This document shows, one piece after another, positions 1 through 9,084 of a stretch of 64,000 bases of DNA (positions are counted from its first letter, which is position 1; every line of letters begins with the position of its first letter). The notes beneath the pieces are model-generated. The model was not told the origin of the DNA and did no database searches. It saw only the letters and a list, made by a program, of their open reading frames with translations. The position numbers and the translations under genes were made by a program. The stretch is from Bdellovibrio sp. ZAP7 (GTDB lineage Bacteria > Bdellovibrionota > UBA1018 > CAIMNF01). The stretch is taken from NCBI GenBank assembly GCA_945874535.1, contig CAMCGZ010000002.1, forward strand, positions 73,585 to 137,584, written 5' to 3'.

Positions 1-572
1 CCGTTCAGAATGGCCAGATCCTCAATTATGCGAAGTTCGCACGAGAGGTTGGAGCCAGTATTGTAACGGTGCAAAGCTACTTTAAGATTCTCGAGGATAC
101 CTTGGTCGGATTCTTGTTGAATCCGTTTCATGAGTCGGTTCGGAAACGTCAGCGGAATGCTCCAAAGTTCTATTTTTTTGATCTCGGGGTGACCCGGGCA
201 CTCTCGCAGTCCCAGGAGTCACGGCTCATGCCGGGTACGGGGGCTTACGGAAAAGCCTTCGAGCATTTTGTCATTTTGGAAATCCATCGCTGGATCCATC
301 TGCATGAAAAGGATTGGTCCCTGAGCTATTTGATGACTCAAGCCGAGGTGGAGATCGACCTCATTATCGAGAAGTCGAAGCGGGACCGCTGGGTGGTGGA
401 AATCAAATCGACCGATCGGGTGGATGAGGTGGAAGTCCGAAAGCTCGAGCGCATCGGGAGTGATGTGCTTCACTCCAAGATCTTTTATGTGTCGAAAGAT
501 CCGATCGAGCGCCGAATGGGTTCCGTGCATTGCCTGCCTTGGGAGAGGTTTTTGAGGGTGCTGGGGGAGTAG
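1..572 (+). CDS. AAA-family ATPase, C-terminal DUF4143-like domain; 5' end truncated by window edge (reading frame is open from nt 1)
   Basis: Frame continues upstream of the annotated Met (…NGQILNYAKFAREVGASIVTVQSYFKILEDT…). Motif FYFFDLGV and overall C-terminal region resemble the DUF4143 domain of COG1373-type ATPases often found on mobile islands. Confidence 0.55.
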   Translation, partial: VQNGQILNYAKFAREVGASIVTVQSYFKILEDTLVGFLLNPFHESVRKRQRNAPKFYFFDLGVTRALSQSQESRLMPGTGAYGKAFEHFVILEIHRWIHLHEKDWSLSYLMTQAEVEIDLIIEKSKRDRWVVEIKSTDRVDEVEVRKLERIGSDVLHSKIFYVSKDPIERRMGSVHCLPWERFLRVLGE

Positions 573-617
573 GCATTCTCCCCCGCTCACCTCCATTCCA
601 ATCACGACTCCGAGGAT

Positions 618-719
618 GCGAGCTCCAGAGCAGTGCAGAGGGGGTTTTTGAGCGAGCCAGGATGGCGATAGCGAAAAGTCCCGGATGGACGGCCCCCCCG
701 GCACTGCTCTGAAGCTCGC
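618..719. repeat. Long inverted repeat: 19-bp arms GCGAGCTCCAGAGCAGTGC / GCACTGCTCTGAAGCTCGC (1 mismatch), 64-nt spacer containing GGGGG…CCCCCCC
   Basis: Arms read directly at 618-636 and 701-719. A nested G5/C7 pairing is possible. Non-coding region between the ATPase gene and tRNA-Cys. Confidence 0.5.
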
Positions 720-741
720 ATGTTCTAGCTGATGATTTTGA

Positions 742-763
742 ATGGAGGTGACGGTCGGAATCG
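742..763. repeat. 22-bp direct repeat (ATGGAGGTGACGGTCGGAATCG) identical to the 3' end of tRNA-Cys plus 1 flanking nt; att-like remnant
   Basis: Identical 22-mer at 742-763 and 970-991. The second copy overlaps tRNA-Cys T-loop through CCA. Confidence 0.65.
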
Positions 764-917
764 GCCAAGCGCTCGGGCTCACTTCACGTTCGCCCTCCGC
801 CTGGCCACCGCGCAGGCCTTTCGCTCGCATCACGCTCGCTCAGCACCCATTCAGGGTGCCGGCCTGCTTGCTTCGATTCCTCCCTTTCACCCTGAAGTTC
901 TTTCCCGTGACTTTCCC

Positions 918-957
918 TTTTGAGAAAGTCGAAGTGAGACGAACTCAAAAGGGAAAG
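918..957 (-). terminator. Perfect 14-bp inverted repeat hairpin (CTTTCCCTTTTGAG / CTCAAAAGGGAAAG) 13 nt downstream of the tRNA-Cys 3' end; possible tRNA terminator
   Basis: Read directly. No strong T-tract follows, so its terminator function is uncertain. Confidence 0.3.
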
Positions 958-970
958 GCACGAGGAAAGA

Positions 971-1046
971 TGGAGGTGACGGTCGGAATCGAACCGACAA
1001 ACAACGGTTTTGCAAACCGTGCCATTAGCCATTCTGGTACGTCACC
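971..1046 (-). tRNA. tRNA-Cys(GCA), 73 nt + encoded CCA
   Basis: Minus-strand sequence GGTGACG-TA-CCAG…; anticodon stem ACGGT/ACCGT with loop TTGCAAA (anticodon GCA). T-stem GTCGG/CCGAC with loop TTCGATT. Acceptor GGTGACG/CGTCACC, discriminator U73 (typical for Cys), then CCA. Confidence 0.9.
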
Positions 1047-1190
1047 CCTAAATTGGCCGGTTTCCTAGTCTTATCAACAAGCTTCGGGGCTTGTCAAACC
1101 GGCGTCCATGACAAGGTGCGCGTCAAAATCATGTCTTCTATCCGGACCTGTTTTTTCAGGTCAGAATAGTGTCTGGAGAGTACTTCACGG

Positions 1191-2561
1191 ATGAAGCGCC
1201 TGACCCTCATGCAAGGATTGCAGATCGGACTCGGTCTCGGACTGAGCTCGCTTGCTTACGCCCTACCGGCGGATCCGCACAAGATCGCAAGCGAGCTCAG
1301 AATGACCCCTCAAACGGTCCGGGTTCGTCTCTCGAATCTGGGTCGAGTCATGACCGTGCGGGGCACGGATTTGGCCCTGTCGCTCGCTAAAAAGCCCGGT
1401 CTCGGCAATGTTCGCGCCGACGAGTGGGTGATCGATTGCAAACGCAGTCTCATTTACCAGCCCGAAACCAACAAAAGTCGCCAGATTCCACGTTCCGGCA
1501 TTTTGATCGAGAGCCTCTCCGGCGTGCTCTCCATCAATGAGAAGCGCTTCCGTGAGCAAGTCGTGGTGTACCCGAAAGAGCTTCAATCTCCCTACGATTC
1601 TTCGATGCGCGGCAATTCGGAGTGCCTCGTAGTGAATCACATCCAGATCGAAAAATACCTCGAATCGGTGGTGAACGGGGAATTCAACTCGCAGTGGGCG
1701 GAGCCCGCGGTCGAGGCACAGATCATCGCCGCACGCACCTACGCACTCTTTCAGATGAAAGAAATGCGAAAGGACAAGGGGCGGGTGTACGATGTCGAGT
1801 CGACCCAAAAAGACCAGGTTTACCTCGGGATGGACCGCGCCGATTCGAAGGCGACCCAGTTGGTTGCGAAAACCCGCGGGATGATCATGATCCCGAAAGG
1901 GAATCGCAACCTCGAGCCCATTAAGGCCTTTTATCATGCGAGCTGTGGTGGAAGGACCGTGGTCCCCGAGCAGGTGTGGGGCGCTCGCTTTGCAGGCTTC
2001 AAAAAGGGCGTTCCGTGCCAGTACTGCAATCCGTCTCCATCCTTCAATTGGGATTACCGGCTCAGCTTCAATGATATTGAAAAGCGCATCTGGAACGGCA
2101 TTCAAAAAGACTCAAACGGCCGGAAGGTCTGGCCCGAGCAGTACACGAGCGATCCGAATCGTTGGTATTTGATGGATGTGAAACCCAAATACGGCGATCG
2201 CGCTCCGAAACAGAAGAGCTCCAGCTTGGCACTGGTTCGTGACGCCGAAGCGGACGCAGAACCGGCTCGCATCACCGATTTTGTGTTCGAATTTGTGAAC
2301 CGAGACAATTTTGACCAGCGCCTGAAAGTCACCATGGACGCCTACGTGGCGCGCAACTGGTTCGATCCCGCCAAGATGAAGAGCACCTGGTTCAGTATGA
2401 CGAGCCTAGGTCGCTCCATCCTGTTCCGGGGCAAGGGATCCGGTCACGGAGTCGGAATGTGCCAGTGGGGCGCTAAAAAAATGGGTGAGATCGGCTTCAC
2501 CCGGGATCAGATCCTCGCTCACTACTATCCGGACACGAAAATCTCTCGAATTTGGAAGTGA
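1191..2561 (+). CDS. SpoIID/LytB-domain protein (secreted; lytic transglycosylase-like SpoIID family)
   Basis: N-terminal signal peptide. C-terminal …GHGVGMCQWGAKKMGEIGFTRDQILAHYYP… is the SpoIID family signature. Confidence 0.75.
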   Translation: MKRLTLMQGLQIGLGLGLSSLAYALPADPHKIASELRMTPQTVRVRLSNLGRVMTVRGTDLALSLAKKPGLGNVRADEWVIDCKRSLIYQPETNKSRQIPRSGILIESLSGVLSINEKRFREQVVVYPKELQSPYDSSMRGNSECLVVNHIQIEKYLESVVNGEFNSQWAEPAVEAQIIAARTYALFQMKEMRKDKGRVYDVESTQKDQVYLGMDRADSKATQLVAKTRGMIMIPKGNRNLEPIKAFYHASCGGRTVVPEQVWGARFAGFKKGVPCQYCNPSPSFNWDYRLSFNDIEKRIWNGIQKDSNGRKVWPEQYTSDPNRWYLMDVKPKYGDRAPKQKSSSLALVRDAEADAEPARITDFVFEFVNRDNFDQRLKVTMDAYVARNWFDPAKMKSTWFSMTSLGRSILFRGKGSGHGVGMCQWGAKKMGEIGFTRDQILAHYYPDTKISRIWK

Positions 2562-2582
2562 AGGGGATTAAGCTCCCGCCTC

Positions 2583-4292
2583 ATGGGCTTCCTGCTTTCT
2601 CTTTTATTTTGCGCTGCGCAAGCTGCCACTCCAGTGGTACCGGACTATGAGTTCCGCGTGAGCCTCGATCCCGCTTCGAAGGTGCCCCGTTGGATCCTCG
2701 AGTTCACCCCTCCGGCGGGGAATCACTTCAACTTAGGTGCCCCGATGAAGGCCACGGCCCATTCTGGATCCCCAGAGGGGACGATTTCCTTTATCCGGAC
2801 CGAATCGAAAAAGCAGCGGGTTCGCTTTGCGAGCTCGGATCTGAAACTGAAAGAGGGCGAAGAGATCGACTCTTCTTTGTTTTTGTGTGACGAGGCCAAA
2901 ACTTACTGCATCAAAAAGGTGCGGAAGTTTCCCCTTCGGGTGACGGTTTCCCGTGTCGAAAAACAGAAGGCGGCTATCTCGAAGTCGGCAAAAGATCGGG
3001 ACGGGTTTTTTGTGAATGCGCCCGAAGCGGCAATCGAGACTGCGGTGAAGACCAAGAAGCCGCTCCTGATCGATTTTTACGGGATCTGGTGCCCGCCCTG
3101 CAACCTGTACAACGAGAATGTGTTTCCTTCGCTTGAATTCCGGAGGGCTTCGAAGGACTTCGTTCTTTTGAAATTGGACGCAGACGATGAACGCTTCTTC
3201 AAGTGGAAGGCTCACTTCCGTGTCGGGGGGTATCCGACCCTGATCGTGACCCAGACCCCCGCATCGACCTCTTTGGCCTCAGTGTCGGAAGTGGACCGCA
3301 TCGTGGGCTACTTCGGCCCGAAGGCTTTTGTGAAGAAATTGAATGAGGCTCAATCGAGGGGGGGACGAAGCCCCGAGGAACGCCTGAAACAAAACGAGCA
3401 AGACCTGATCGCCGAGTACCGGCGCTTGATTCCGGTCCGGCTCGAGCAAAAAGACGAGGCGGGGGCTCTAGGCCTGATCCGGAAGGGACTTGCGCTGGAA
3501 CCCTCCGATCCCGAGCTCCGGCTTCGGGGGCTTGCGCTTCAGAAACCCCCCGCCGAGAGCCCTGTTCGTGAGGCGCTGCTGAACGAGGTCTTTTCGAAAT
3601 CAGCTTCGATACCGGACTCGACCTTGATGGTGGCACTGGATCAGGCGCTCGATCTGCCGGAAGGAAAATCGTCAGAGACCCGGAAAGCAGCTTTGTTCGC
3701 GGTTCAAGTCCTCGAGAAACGCCTCGATCTGGCAACCCTCATGCTCCCTGAGCTCGAGCTGTCTCTTGCCGACCTCATGGATTTCAAGAAGAGCCTGCTC
3801 GAAGGAGCCGGGGATTCCGAAGGCGTAAAAGCAGCACGGGTCGAAGCCATTCAGGCTTACCGGAAACTGCTCCGCCTCGGTCGGGACCCGGACTCGCGGG
3901 GGATCCATCTCGAACTCGCCGCATTGCTCTGGAAGAACGGCGAGATTGCGGAAGCGAAAGCGATTTATGCCAAGTTCATTAAAAAGTTTCCGGAAGAATT
4001 CACCTTTCACCATGCCGCGGCCGGGATGCACTTCGAACTCAAAGAGTTGAAAGAGGCGCGGGGACAGGCCGAGCTTGCGGTTCGCTTCGCATATGGCGAT
4101 AACCTCATCCGTTCGATGGAGCGTCTGACCAAGATCATGGCAGCCGAGGGTGAGCGCGATTTTGCCATCAGTCGGGCGCGTTTATTTTTAGAGAAGTTGA
4201 AAGTGGAGGAGGCTCCCGGAGTCCGTACCGGCCGTTATGTGGCCTCCTTCAAGAAAACCCTCGATGCGATCGAGAAAGGACCGATCAAATGA
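2583..4292 (+). CDS. Secreted thioredoxin-fold protein (WCPPC motif) fused to C-terminal TPR-like repeats
   Basis: Signal peptide. …LIDFYGIWCPPCNLY… CxxC thioredoxin motif; C-terminal half has repetitive helical (TPR-like) sequence. Confidence 0.6.
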   Translation: MGFLLSLLFCAAQAATPVVPDYEFRVSLDPASKVPRWILEFTPPAGNHFNLGAPMKATAHSGSPEGTISFIRTESKKQRVRFASSDLKLKEGEEIDSSLFLCDEAKTYCIKKVRKFPLRVTVSRVEKQKAAISKSAKDRDGFFVNAPEAAIETAVKTKKPLLIDFYGIWCPPCNLYNENVFPSLEFRRASKDFVLLKLDADDERFFKWKAHFRVGGYPTLIVTQTPASTSLASVSEVDRIVGYFGPKAFVKKLNEAQSRGGRSPEERLKQNEQDLIAEYRRLIPVRLEQKDEAGALGLIRKGLALEPSDPELRLRGLALQKPPAESPVREALLNEVFSKSASIPDSTLMVALDQALDLPEGKSSETRKAALFAVQVLEKRLDLATLMLPELELSLADLMDFKKSLLEGAGDSEGVKAARVEAIQAYRKLLRLGRDPDSRGIHLELAALLWKNGEIAEAKAIYAKFIKKFPEEFTFHHAAAGMHFELKELKEARGQAELAVRFAYGDNLIRSMERLTKIMAAEGERDFAISRARLFLEKLKVEEAPGVRTGRYVASFKKTLDAIEKGPIK

Positions 4293-4951
4293 TCCATGAA
4301 CTTCTGACCTGGGTGAAGTCCCTCCACGATCCGGCCACATTCCAGCTCTGGCTTTCGACCGGAGGAATTGTTCTGGTGACCGCGATCGTATTTGCAGAGA
4401 CCGGGCTTCTTGCCGGGTTTTTCTTGCCCGGGGATTCACTCCTGATCACGGTCGGGGTGCTCAACAACCCTGCTAACCCGAACCACATCCCCGGCTCTTC
4501 CATTTTCAATTATGCGATCGCACTCACTCTGGCCGCCATCGTCGGTGACCAGCTCGGCTACTGGCTCGGCCGTAAAACTGGTGAGATCGTATTCTCGCGC
4601 CCGGACTCCTTCTTTTTCAAAAAGAAACACCTGAACCGGGCCAAGGGTTTCTATGATCGCTACGGCATTGCCGCGGTCATCGCATGCCGCTTCATCCCGA
4701 TTTTCAGGACCTTTGTGCCCTTCGTTGCGGGAGTCGCGAAAATGGATTACCCTCGGTTTTTACGTTGGGACATCCTCGGCGGATTTGTGTGGATCAACTC
4801 CCTGCTGACGGTAGGTTACTTTCTCGGTCAGACCGAGCTCGCCAACCGTCTCGATAAAGTGATTGTGATTGTGATTTTCGTATCCGTGCTCCCGATCATC
4901 ATCGGAGCCGCCAAACGTGCCATTCAAGGAGGCCAGCATGAGCATTCATGA
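4289..4951 (+). CDS. DedA/TVP38-family membrane protein
   Basis: …FAETGLLAGFFLPGDSLLITVGVL… and …RFIPIFRTFVPFVAGV… match DedA-family motifs. Start overlaps upstream stop by 4 nt. Confidence 0.8.
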   Translation: MIHELLTWVKSLHDPATFQLWLSTGGIVLVTAIVFAETGLLAGFFLPGDSLLITVGVLNNPANPNHIPGSSIFNYAIALTLAAIVGDQLGYWLGRKTGEIVFSRPDSFFFKKKHLNRAKGFYDRYGIAAVIACRFIPIFRTFVPFVAGVAKMDYPRFLRWDILGGFVWINSLLTVGYFLGQTELANRLDKVIVIVIFVSVLPIIIGAAKRAIQGGQHEHS

Positions 4952-5420
4952 GTTCAAGGTGAAGAAAGCCGACGGTTCGGAGATTTCCCTGTCCGACTTC
5001 AAGGGTAAGGTTCTGTTAGTGGTGAATACCGCGAGTGCGTGTGGGTTCACTCCCCAGTACGAGGGGCTTCAAAAGCTGAAGTCGACTTTCGGTGACCGGG
5101 GTTTCGAGGTGCTCGGGTTTCCGTGCAATCAGTTCGGAGCCCAGGAGCCCGGTTCGGATTCCGAGATCCAGGGGTTTTGTTCGCGGAGTTTCGGGGTGAC
5201 TTTTCCGGTGTTCTCCAAAATCGAAGTGAACGGAGAAGGGGCTCACCCGCTTTATCAGTGGCTTAAAAAAGAGGCTCCCGGCATTCTCGGTACGGAAGCG
5301 ATCAAGTGGAACTTCACGAAGTTCCTGATCTCGAAGGACGGCCTCGTGCTGAAACGCTATGCCCCCCAGGACAAACCCGAGTCGATTGCATCCGAGATCG
5401 AAAAACTGATCTCCCAGTAA
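4917..5420 (+). CDS. gpx: Glutathione peroxidase (thiol peroxidase)
   Basis: …VLLVVNTASACGFTPQYEGL…FPCNQFGAQEPG…KWNFTKFLI… canonical GPx motifs with catalytic Cys. Confidence 0.85.
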   Translation: MPFKEASMSIHEFKVKKADGSEISLSDFKGKVLLVVNTASACGFTPQYEGLQKLKSTFGDRGFEVLGFPCNQFGAQEPGSDSEIQGFCSRSFGVTFPVFSKIEVNGEGAHPLYQWLKKEAPGILGTEAIKWNFTKFLISKDGLVLKRYAPQDKPESIASEIEKLISQ

Positions 5421-5426
5421 TGCGGC

Positions 5427-5903
5427 TTAGAAAGCCCCCTCAGACTTGAACTCCTTCTCCGACAGGCGCTTCAGCTCAGGGAGGAGGGTTTTGCACAGGT
5501 CGGCCCGCTTTTTCAAGCAGGCCAGCCGGTCGGCGGGTGTAGAATCCTTTTGCTGTTTCCGGATCCGGTCGATTTCGTCTTTTTTGATTCCCGGTTGCTG
5601 ATCGAAGACCACGAGCCAGAGTCCACAGGTGCAAGTGGACTGGCAGGACAGCGCTTGTTTTTTTTGCGACGCAAGCGTTGATCGCTTCACCAGGTCCTTC
5701 AGGCTGTTCTCCCAGGCTGGGCGAAGAGGAAGCATGAGCTGACGCGCTTCTTCTGGTTTTAAATCGCACCAGGATCCGCCTTCGATTACGTGGTTCAAGC
5801 CCTGAATTGCGACTTCCAGGTCAGGTGCAGTCCATTTTTTCCCCTCGGCAAAAACTGCCGGGGTGGAGATCACGAGAGAAATCAAAATAGCGATCTGTTG
5901 CAT
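5427..5903 (-). CDS. Hypothetical secreted Cys-rich protein
   Basis: Signal peptide MQQIAILISLVISTPAVFA; several Cys (CQSTCTCG). No family recognised. Confidence 0.4.
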   Translation of the reverse strand: MQQIAILISLVISTPAVFAEGKKWTAPDLEVAIQGLNHVIEGGSWCDLKPEEARQLMLPLRPAWENSLKDLVKRSTLASQKKQALSCQSTCTCGLWLVVFDQQPGIKKDEIDRIRKQQKDSTPADRLACLKKRADLCKTLLPELKRLSEKEFKSEGAF

Positions 5904-5951
5904 GGATTCAGTTTAAGAGAGAACATCAAAGACAGGAAAGGAATTCCTCCC

Positions 5952-7445
5952 ATGTCTTTTCAAGGAAGATACTTCGCTCCCTGGTTTCTACTCGTTCTGA
6001 TCCTTTCTTCATCTTGCAGTACTGTGGAGCATGGGCCCGGCCGCAAACCAGCGAGTGCTTTGCATTTGCAAAAATTCAGAGTGAGCGAACACCTGGTCCG
6101 GACGCAGTGGCAACAATTCCGGAACTGGTCTGGAATCGCCACGAATTCGGGGGATGCGGAGTTGCAGGCCACACTGTTGAAAACACTGGTTCAGACCTAT
6201 GCCAAGGCCGATGAGTTGGTGGTGGAGCTCGATCGGCTGTTCAACTCTGGTGTGACGGTGGAGCAGTTGGTCCGGACACGCCCCGGCGAGCGGAACCTCT
6301 ATGCCGAGTTCCTGTCTTTGCGCGCACTGAAAGAAAGCATCGAAGAAGGGATCAAGAAAAGAGCGGAGATCCAGTTCAATGAAGCCCTCGATGCCGACAC
6401 TCCTAGGATCCCGGCGCTCGATCAGTTGGAGTCACAAGCCAGGAAATTGAGAGATGAGCACCCGGGACAAGAAGGTCTGGTTGACCTCGCACTTCAGGAG
6501 GTCCGTGAGCATGCCGGGGTACTCAATGCCGGATACAGCGAAGGTCGGATGGCGGTCCCAGCCCATTCCGCGGTTGATCTGAGTCTGGTCCGCAAGGTCC
6601 GGAAACAGATTCAGGAGCGCCCGGGTGAATCGCTTCGCGTCTTCGCACCTCAGGATGGTGAGGCCGGCATTCATGTCGATCGGTTCATTAAAAAAATCCA
6701 TTCCAGGACTGCAGAGGAGCTCTCGGCTGTTTTCAATCAGGGTGGCCGTCTTCCTGCCACTGATGGGATCAAGATCGAACCTTCCACCACCACTGCCGGG
6801 AACATCACCGGTGCCGGTTTCCCGAAGGGGGTTTGGGCCCTGACTTACGATGATGGCCCGGCCCGGACTACGGGAGCGGTTCTCGAGAATCTGAAGAAGC
6901 ACGACATCAAGGCGACTTTCTTCATGCTTTCCGGGCAAATCGACACCCCTAAAGAGTACCCCGAATTCGCGGTCAGGGAAGCCAAAGAGGGGCACGACGT
7001 CGCCTCGCACTCCTATTCTCATCCCCAGGTTCCGAAGCTCGCAGCTTCTCAGCGGGAGCGTGAAATCGGGGGCGCGGTGAAGGTGTTCGAGCAGGTGCTC
7101 GGAAAAAGGCCAGACTTTTACCGTCTTCCTTACGGCGCTGGGGTCTCGGTTCCTTCCATCCGGGCGGATATCGCCCATGCCTGCATGGTGCATGCTTTCT
7201 GGAACGTGGACACCCTCGATTGGCACGACAAGGATCCGGAGTTGATTTACCAGCGTAGCGTGAAGCAGGTCGAATCTCTCGGGCGCGGGATCATCCTCTT
7301 TCATGATATCCATTCGCAGTCGGTCACAGCCTCAGAAATGCTGATGCGGTATATGAAAGAAAAGGGAGTCCGGATGGTCACCCTTTCCGAGATCGTGAAA
7401 GAGATCAACGGGGGTCAATCCTGGAGCTGCACTCCGGTCAAATGA
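5952..7445 (+). CDS. Polysaccharide deacetylase (NodB/CE4 domain) with N-terminal signal/lipoprotein-like sequence
   Basis: Start taken at internal Met (MSFQGRYFAPWFLLVLILSSSCS) rather than the long upstream extension. …TYDDGP…HSYSHPQ… NodB-homology motifs. Confidence 0.7.
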   Translation: MSFQGRYFAPWFLLVLILSSSCSTVEHGPGRKPASALHLQKFRVSEHLVRTQWQQFRNWSGIATNSGDAELQATLLKTLVQTYAKADELVVELDRLFNSGVTVEQLVRTRPGERNLYAEFLSLRALKESIEEGIKKRAEIQFNEALDADTPRIPALDQLESQARKLRDEHPGQEGLVDLALQEVREHAGVLNAGYSEGRMAVPAHSAVDLSLVRKVRKQIQERPGESLRVFAPQDGEAGIHVDRFIKKIHSRTAEELSAVFNQGGRLPATDGIKIEPSTTTAGNITGAGFPKGVWALTYDDGPARTTGAVLENLKKHDIKATFFMLSGQIDTPKEYPEFAVREAKEGHDVASHSYSHPQVPKLAASQREREIGGAVKVFEQVLGKRPDFYRLPYGAGVSVPSIRADIAHACMVHAFWNVDTLDWHDKDPELIYQRSVKQVESLGRGIILFHDIHSQSVTASEMLMRYMKEKGVRMVTLSEIVKEINGGQSWSCTPVK

Positions 7446-9042
7446 TCGTGTCGCGTGCTTCGGCGGTCGAAGGTTCGGGGTAGTCCACATTCACATGGAG
7501 CCCGCGGCTTTCTTTTCTCCGGAGAGCGGACTCGACAATGAGTTCTGAAACCGTGAGCAGATTCCTGAGTTCGATCAGGTCCCGGCTCACATTGAATTTC
7601 CAGTAATCCTCGTTCACCTCGTGGCGGATCAGCGCCAGCCGCTCCCGCGCCCGGAGAAGTCTCCGGTCCGAACGGACAATCCCCACGTAATTCCACATGA
7701 GAGTCCTGATTTCGCGCCAGGTGGCGGCGATATCGATCTGCTCCTCCATGTCGACCGCCCGGCCGGATTCCCACGCGGGGAGGGGGCGGAGTGAGCGAGG
7801 AGGGCGATGCGAGACCAGCGTGTCGCGTGCGAGGTCGGCCGCACGTTTTGAAAACACAATGCCTTCCAGGAGCGAGTTCGAAGCGAGACGGTTCGCTCCG
7901 TGCAAGCCGGTACAAGCGCTTTCACCGAGGGCAAGCAGTCCCTCTACCGAAGTCCGTGCGTATTCGTCGACCCAGATTCCCCCACACATGTAATGGGCGG
8001 CGGGAACCACGGGGATCATCTCTTCTGGAGCGCGGATGCCGAATTTTTCGCACATGGAATGGATCTGGGGGAAGTGTTCGACGAAGTACTCGCGTTTCAT
8101 GTGGCGGACATCGAGCCAGACATGAGGATCGCCGGATCTCTTCAATTCCTTGTCGATGGCCTGGGACACGACGTAGCGAGGAGCGAGCGATCCCATCTCG
8201 TGGGTTTCGCGCATGAAGTCCCGACCCTCGAGGTTACGGAGGATCGCTCCTTCGCCCCGGAGCGCTTCGGTGATCAGGAAATTCTTCGCACTCGGGTGGT
8301 AGAGGCAGGTGGGATGGAACTGCATGAATTCCATGTTGGCGATCCGGGCCCCTGCCCGATAGGCCATGGCAATTCCGTCTCCAGTCGCCACGTCCGGATT
8401 CGAGGTGTAGAGGTAAACCTTCCCCGAACCGCCACTGGCCAGAACGGTCAGGTCTGCCGCGATCGGAGAGATGGCCTGAGTCTCGGTATCGAGGGCGTAA
8501 GCTCCGAGGCAGCGGCCGAGTCCTTTTCCGGTGGCGGAAGAGGTGAGCTTTCCTTCCATGATCAGATCGATGGCCATCCGATTAGGCAGGAGGGTGATTC
8601 CAGGCAGGCTTTTGACCTTGCGGACCAGGGCCTCCTCGATGGCCAAGCCGGTGAAGTCGTGTGCATGGAGGATACGGCGCTGGTGATGCCCGCCTTCGAT
8701 GTGGAGATCGTATTCGGCCGGATGGTCGGCGTTCCGGGTGAACTCGACTCCCCATTCGATCAGCTCCCGGACTCGTGCAGGACCCTCTTCGACGCAGACA
8801 TCCACCGCTGACTCGCGACAGAGGCCGGCTCCTGCTTCAAGAGTGTCCTCTTTATGCTTTGCGAAAGAGTCTTCTTTGGCCCAAACGGCAGCGATCCCGC
8901 CTTGGGCGTAACGCGTATTGCCTTCGTCGAGGGAGGTTTTCGTCAATAAAATGACATCACTGAAAGAGGAGAAATGAATGGCCGCAGAAAGGCCGGCAAT
9001 GCCGCTTCCGATGATCAGAACTTTGGGTCGATCAGTTGCCAT
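7438..9042 (-). CDS. nadB: L-aspartate oxidase
   Basis: Real start at MATDRPKVLIIGSGIAGLSAA (FAD dinucleotide-binding fold); the track ORF 7438..9831 extends 263 codons upstream without support. Full-length similarity pattern of NadB/succinate-DH flavoprotein family. Confidence 0.85.
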   Translation of the reverse strand: MATDRPKVLIIGSGIAGLSAAIHFSSFSDVILLTKTSLDEGNTRYAQGGIAAVWAKEDSFAKHKEDTLEAGAGLCRESAVDVCVEEGPARVRELIEWGVEFTRNADHPAEYDLHIEGGHHQRRILHAHDFTGLAIEEALVRKVKSLPGITLLPNRMAIDLIMEGKLTSSATGKGLGRCLGAYALDTETQAISPIAADLTVLASGGSGKVYLYTSNPDVATGDGIAMAYRAGARIANMEFMQFHPTCLYHPSAKNFLITEALRGEGAILRNLEGRDFMRETHEMGSLAPRYVVSQAIDKELKRSGDPHVWLDVRHMKREYFVEHFPQIHSMCEKFGIRAPEEMIPVVPAAHYMCGGIWVDEYARTSVEGLLALGESACTGLHGANRLASNSLLEGIVFSKRAADLARDTLVSHRPPRSLRPLPAWESGRAVDMEEQIDIAATWREIRTLMWNYVGIVRSDRRLLRARERLALIRHEVNEDYWKFNVSRDLIELRNLLTVSELIVESALRRKESRGLHVNVDYPEPSTAEARDTII

Positions 9043-9084
9043 ATTGGTCCTCTGTGTTAAGCTCTTAAGCGGGGAGAGTTTATC

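Noticed and set aside
668-690. GCGAAAAGTCCCGGATGG resembles the RNase P RNA 'GGAAAGUCCGGGCUCC' P4 region
   Set aside because: Only a short partial match. The surrounding sequence cannot form the RNase P core, and it sits in the loop of the 618-719 inverted repeat.
219-833. Long ORFs in the six-frame track that are not called as genes: 219..833(-), 1263..2105(-), 6432..7313(-), 7900..8811(+), 9955..10686(-), 17390..18352(+), 18936..19709(+), 19893..20837(+), 28327..29931(+), 36977..38056(-), 39789..40454(-), 41045..41749(-), 42541..43536(-), 43564..44127(-), 47257..48138(-), 59301..60068(-), 61318..62100(+)
   Set aside because: All lie inside and antisense to (or out of frame with) well-supported genes. 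They have Arg/Gly/Pro-rich low-complexity translations typical of high-GC DNA and show no recognisable motifs.
742-1068. 108-aa ORF (742..1068, +) with the internal repeat MEVTVGI…MEVTVGI
   Set aside because: The repeated peptide merely reflects the 22-bp DNA direct repeat. The ORF runs antisense through tRNA-Cys, so it is not a gene.
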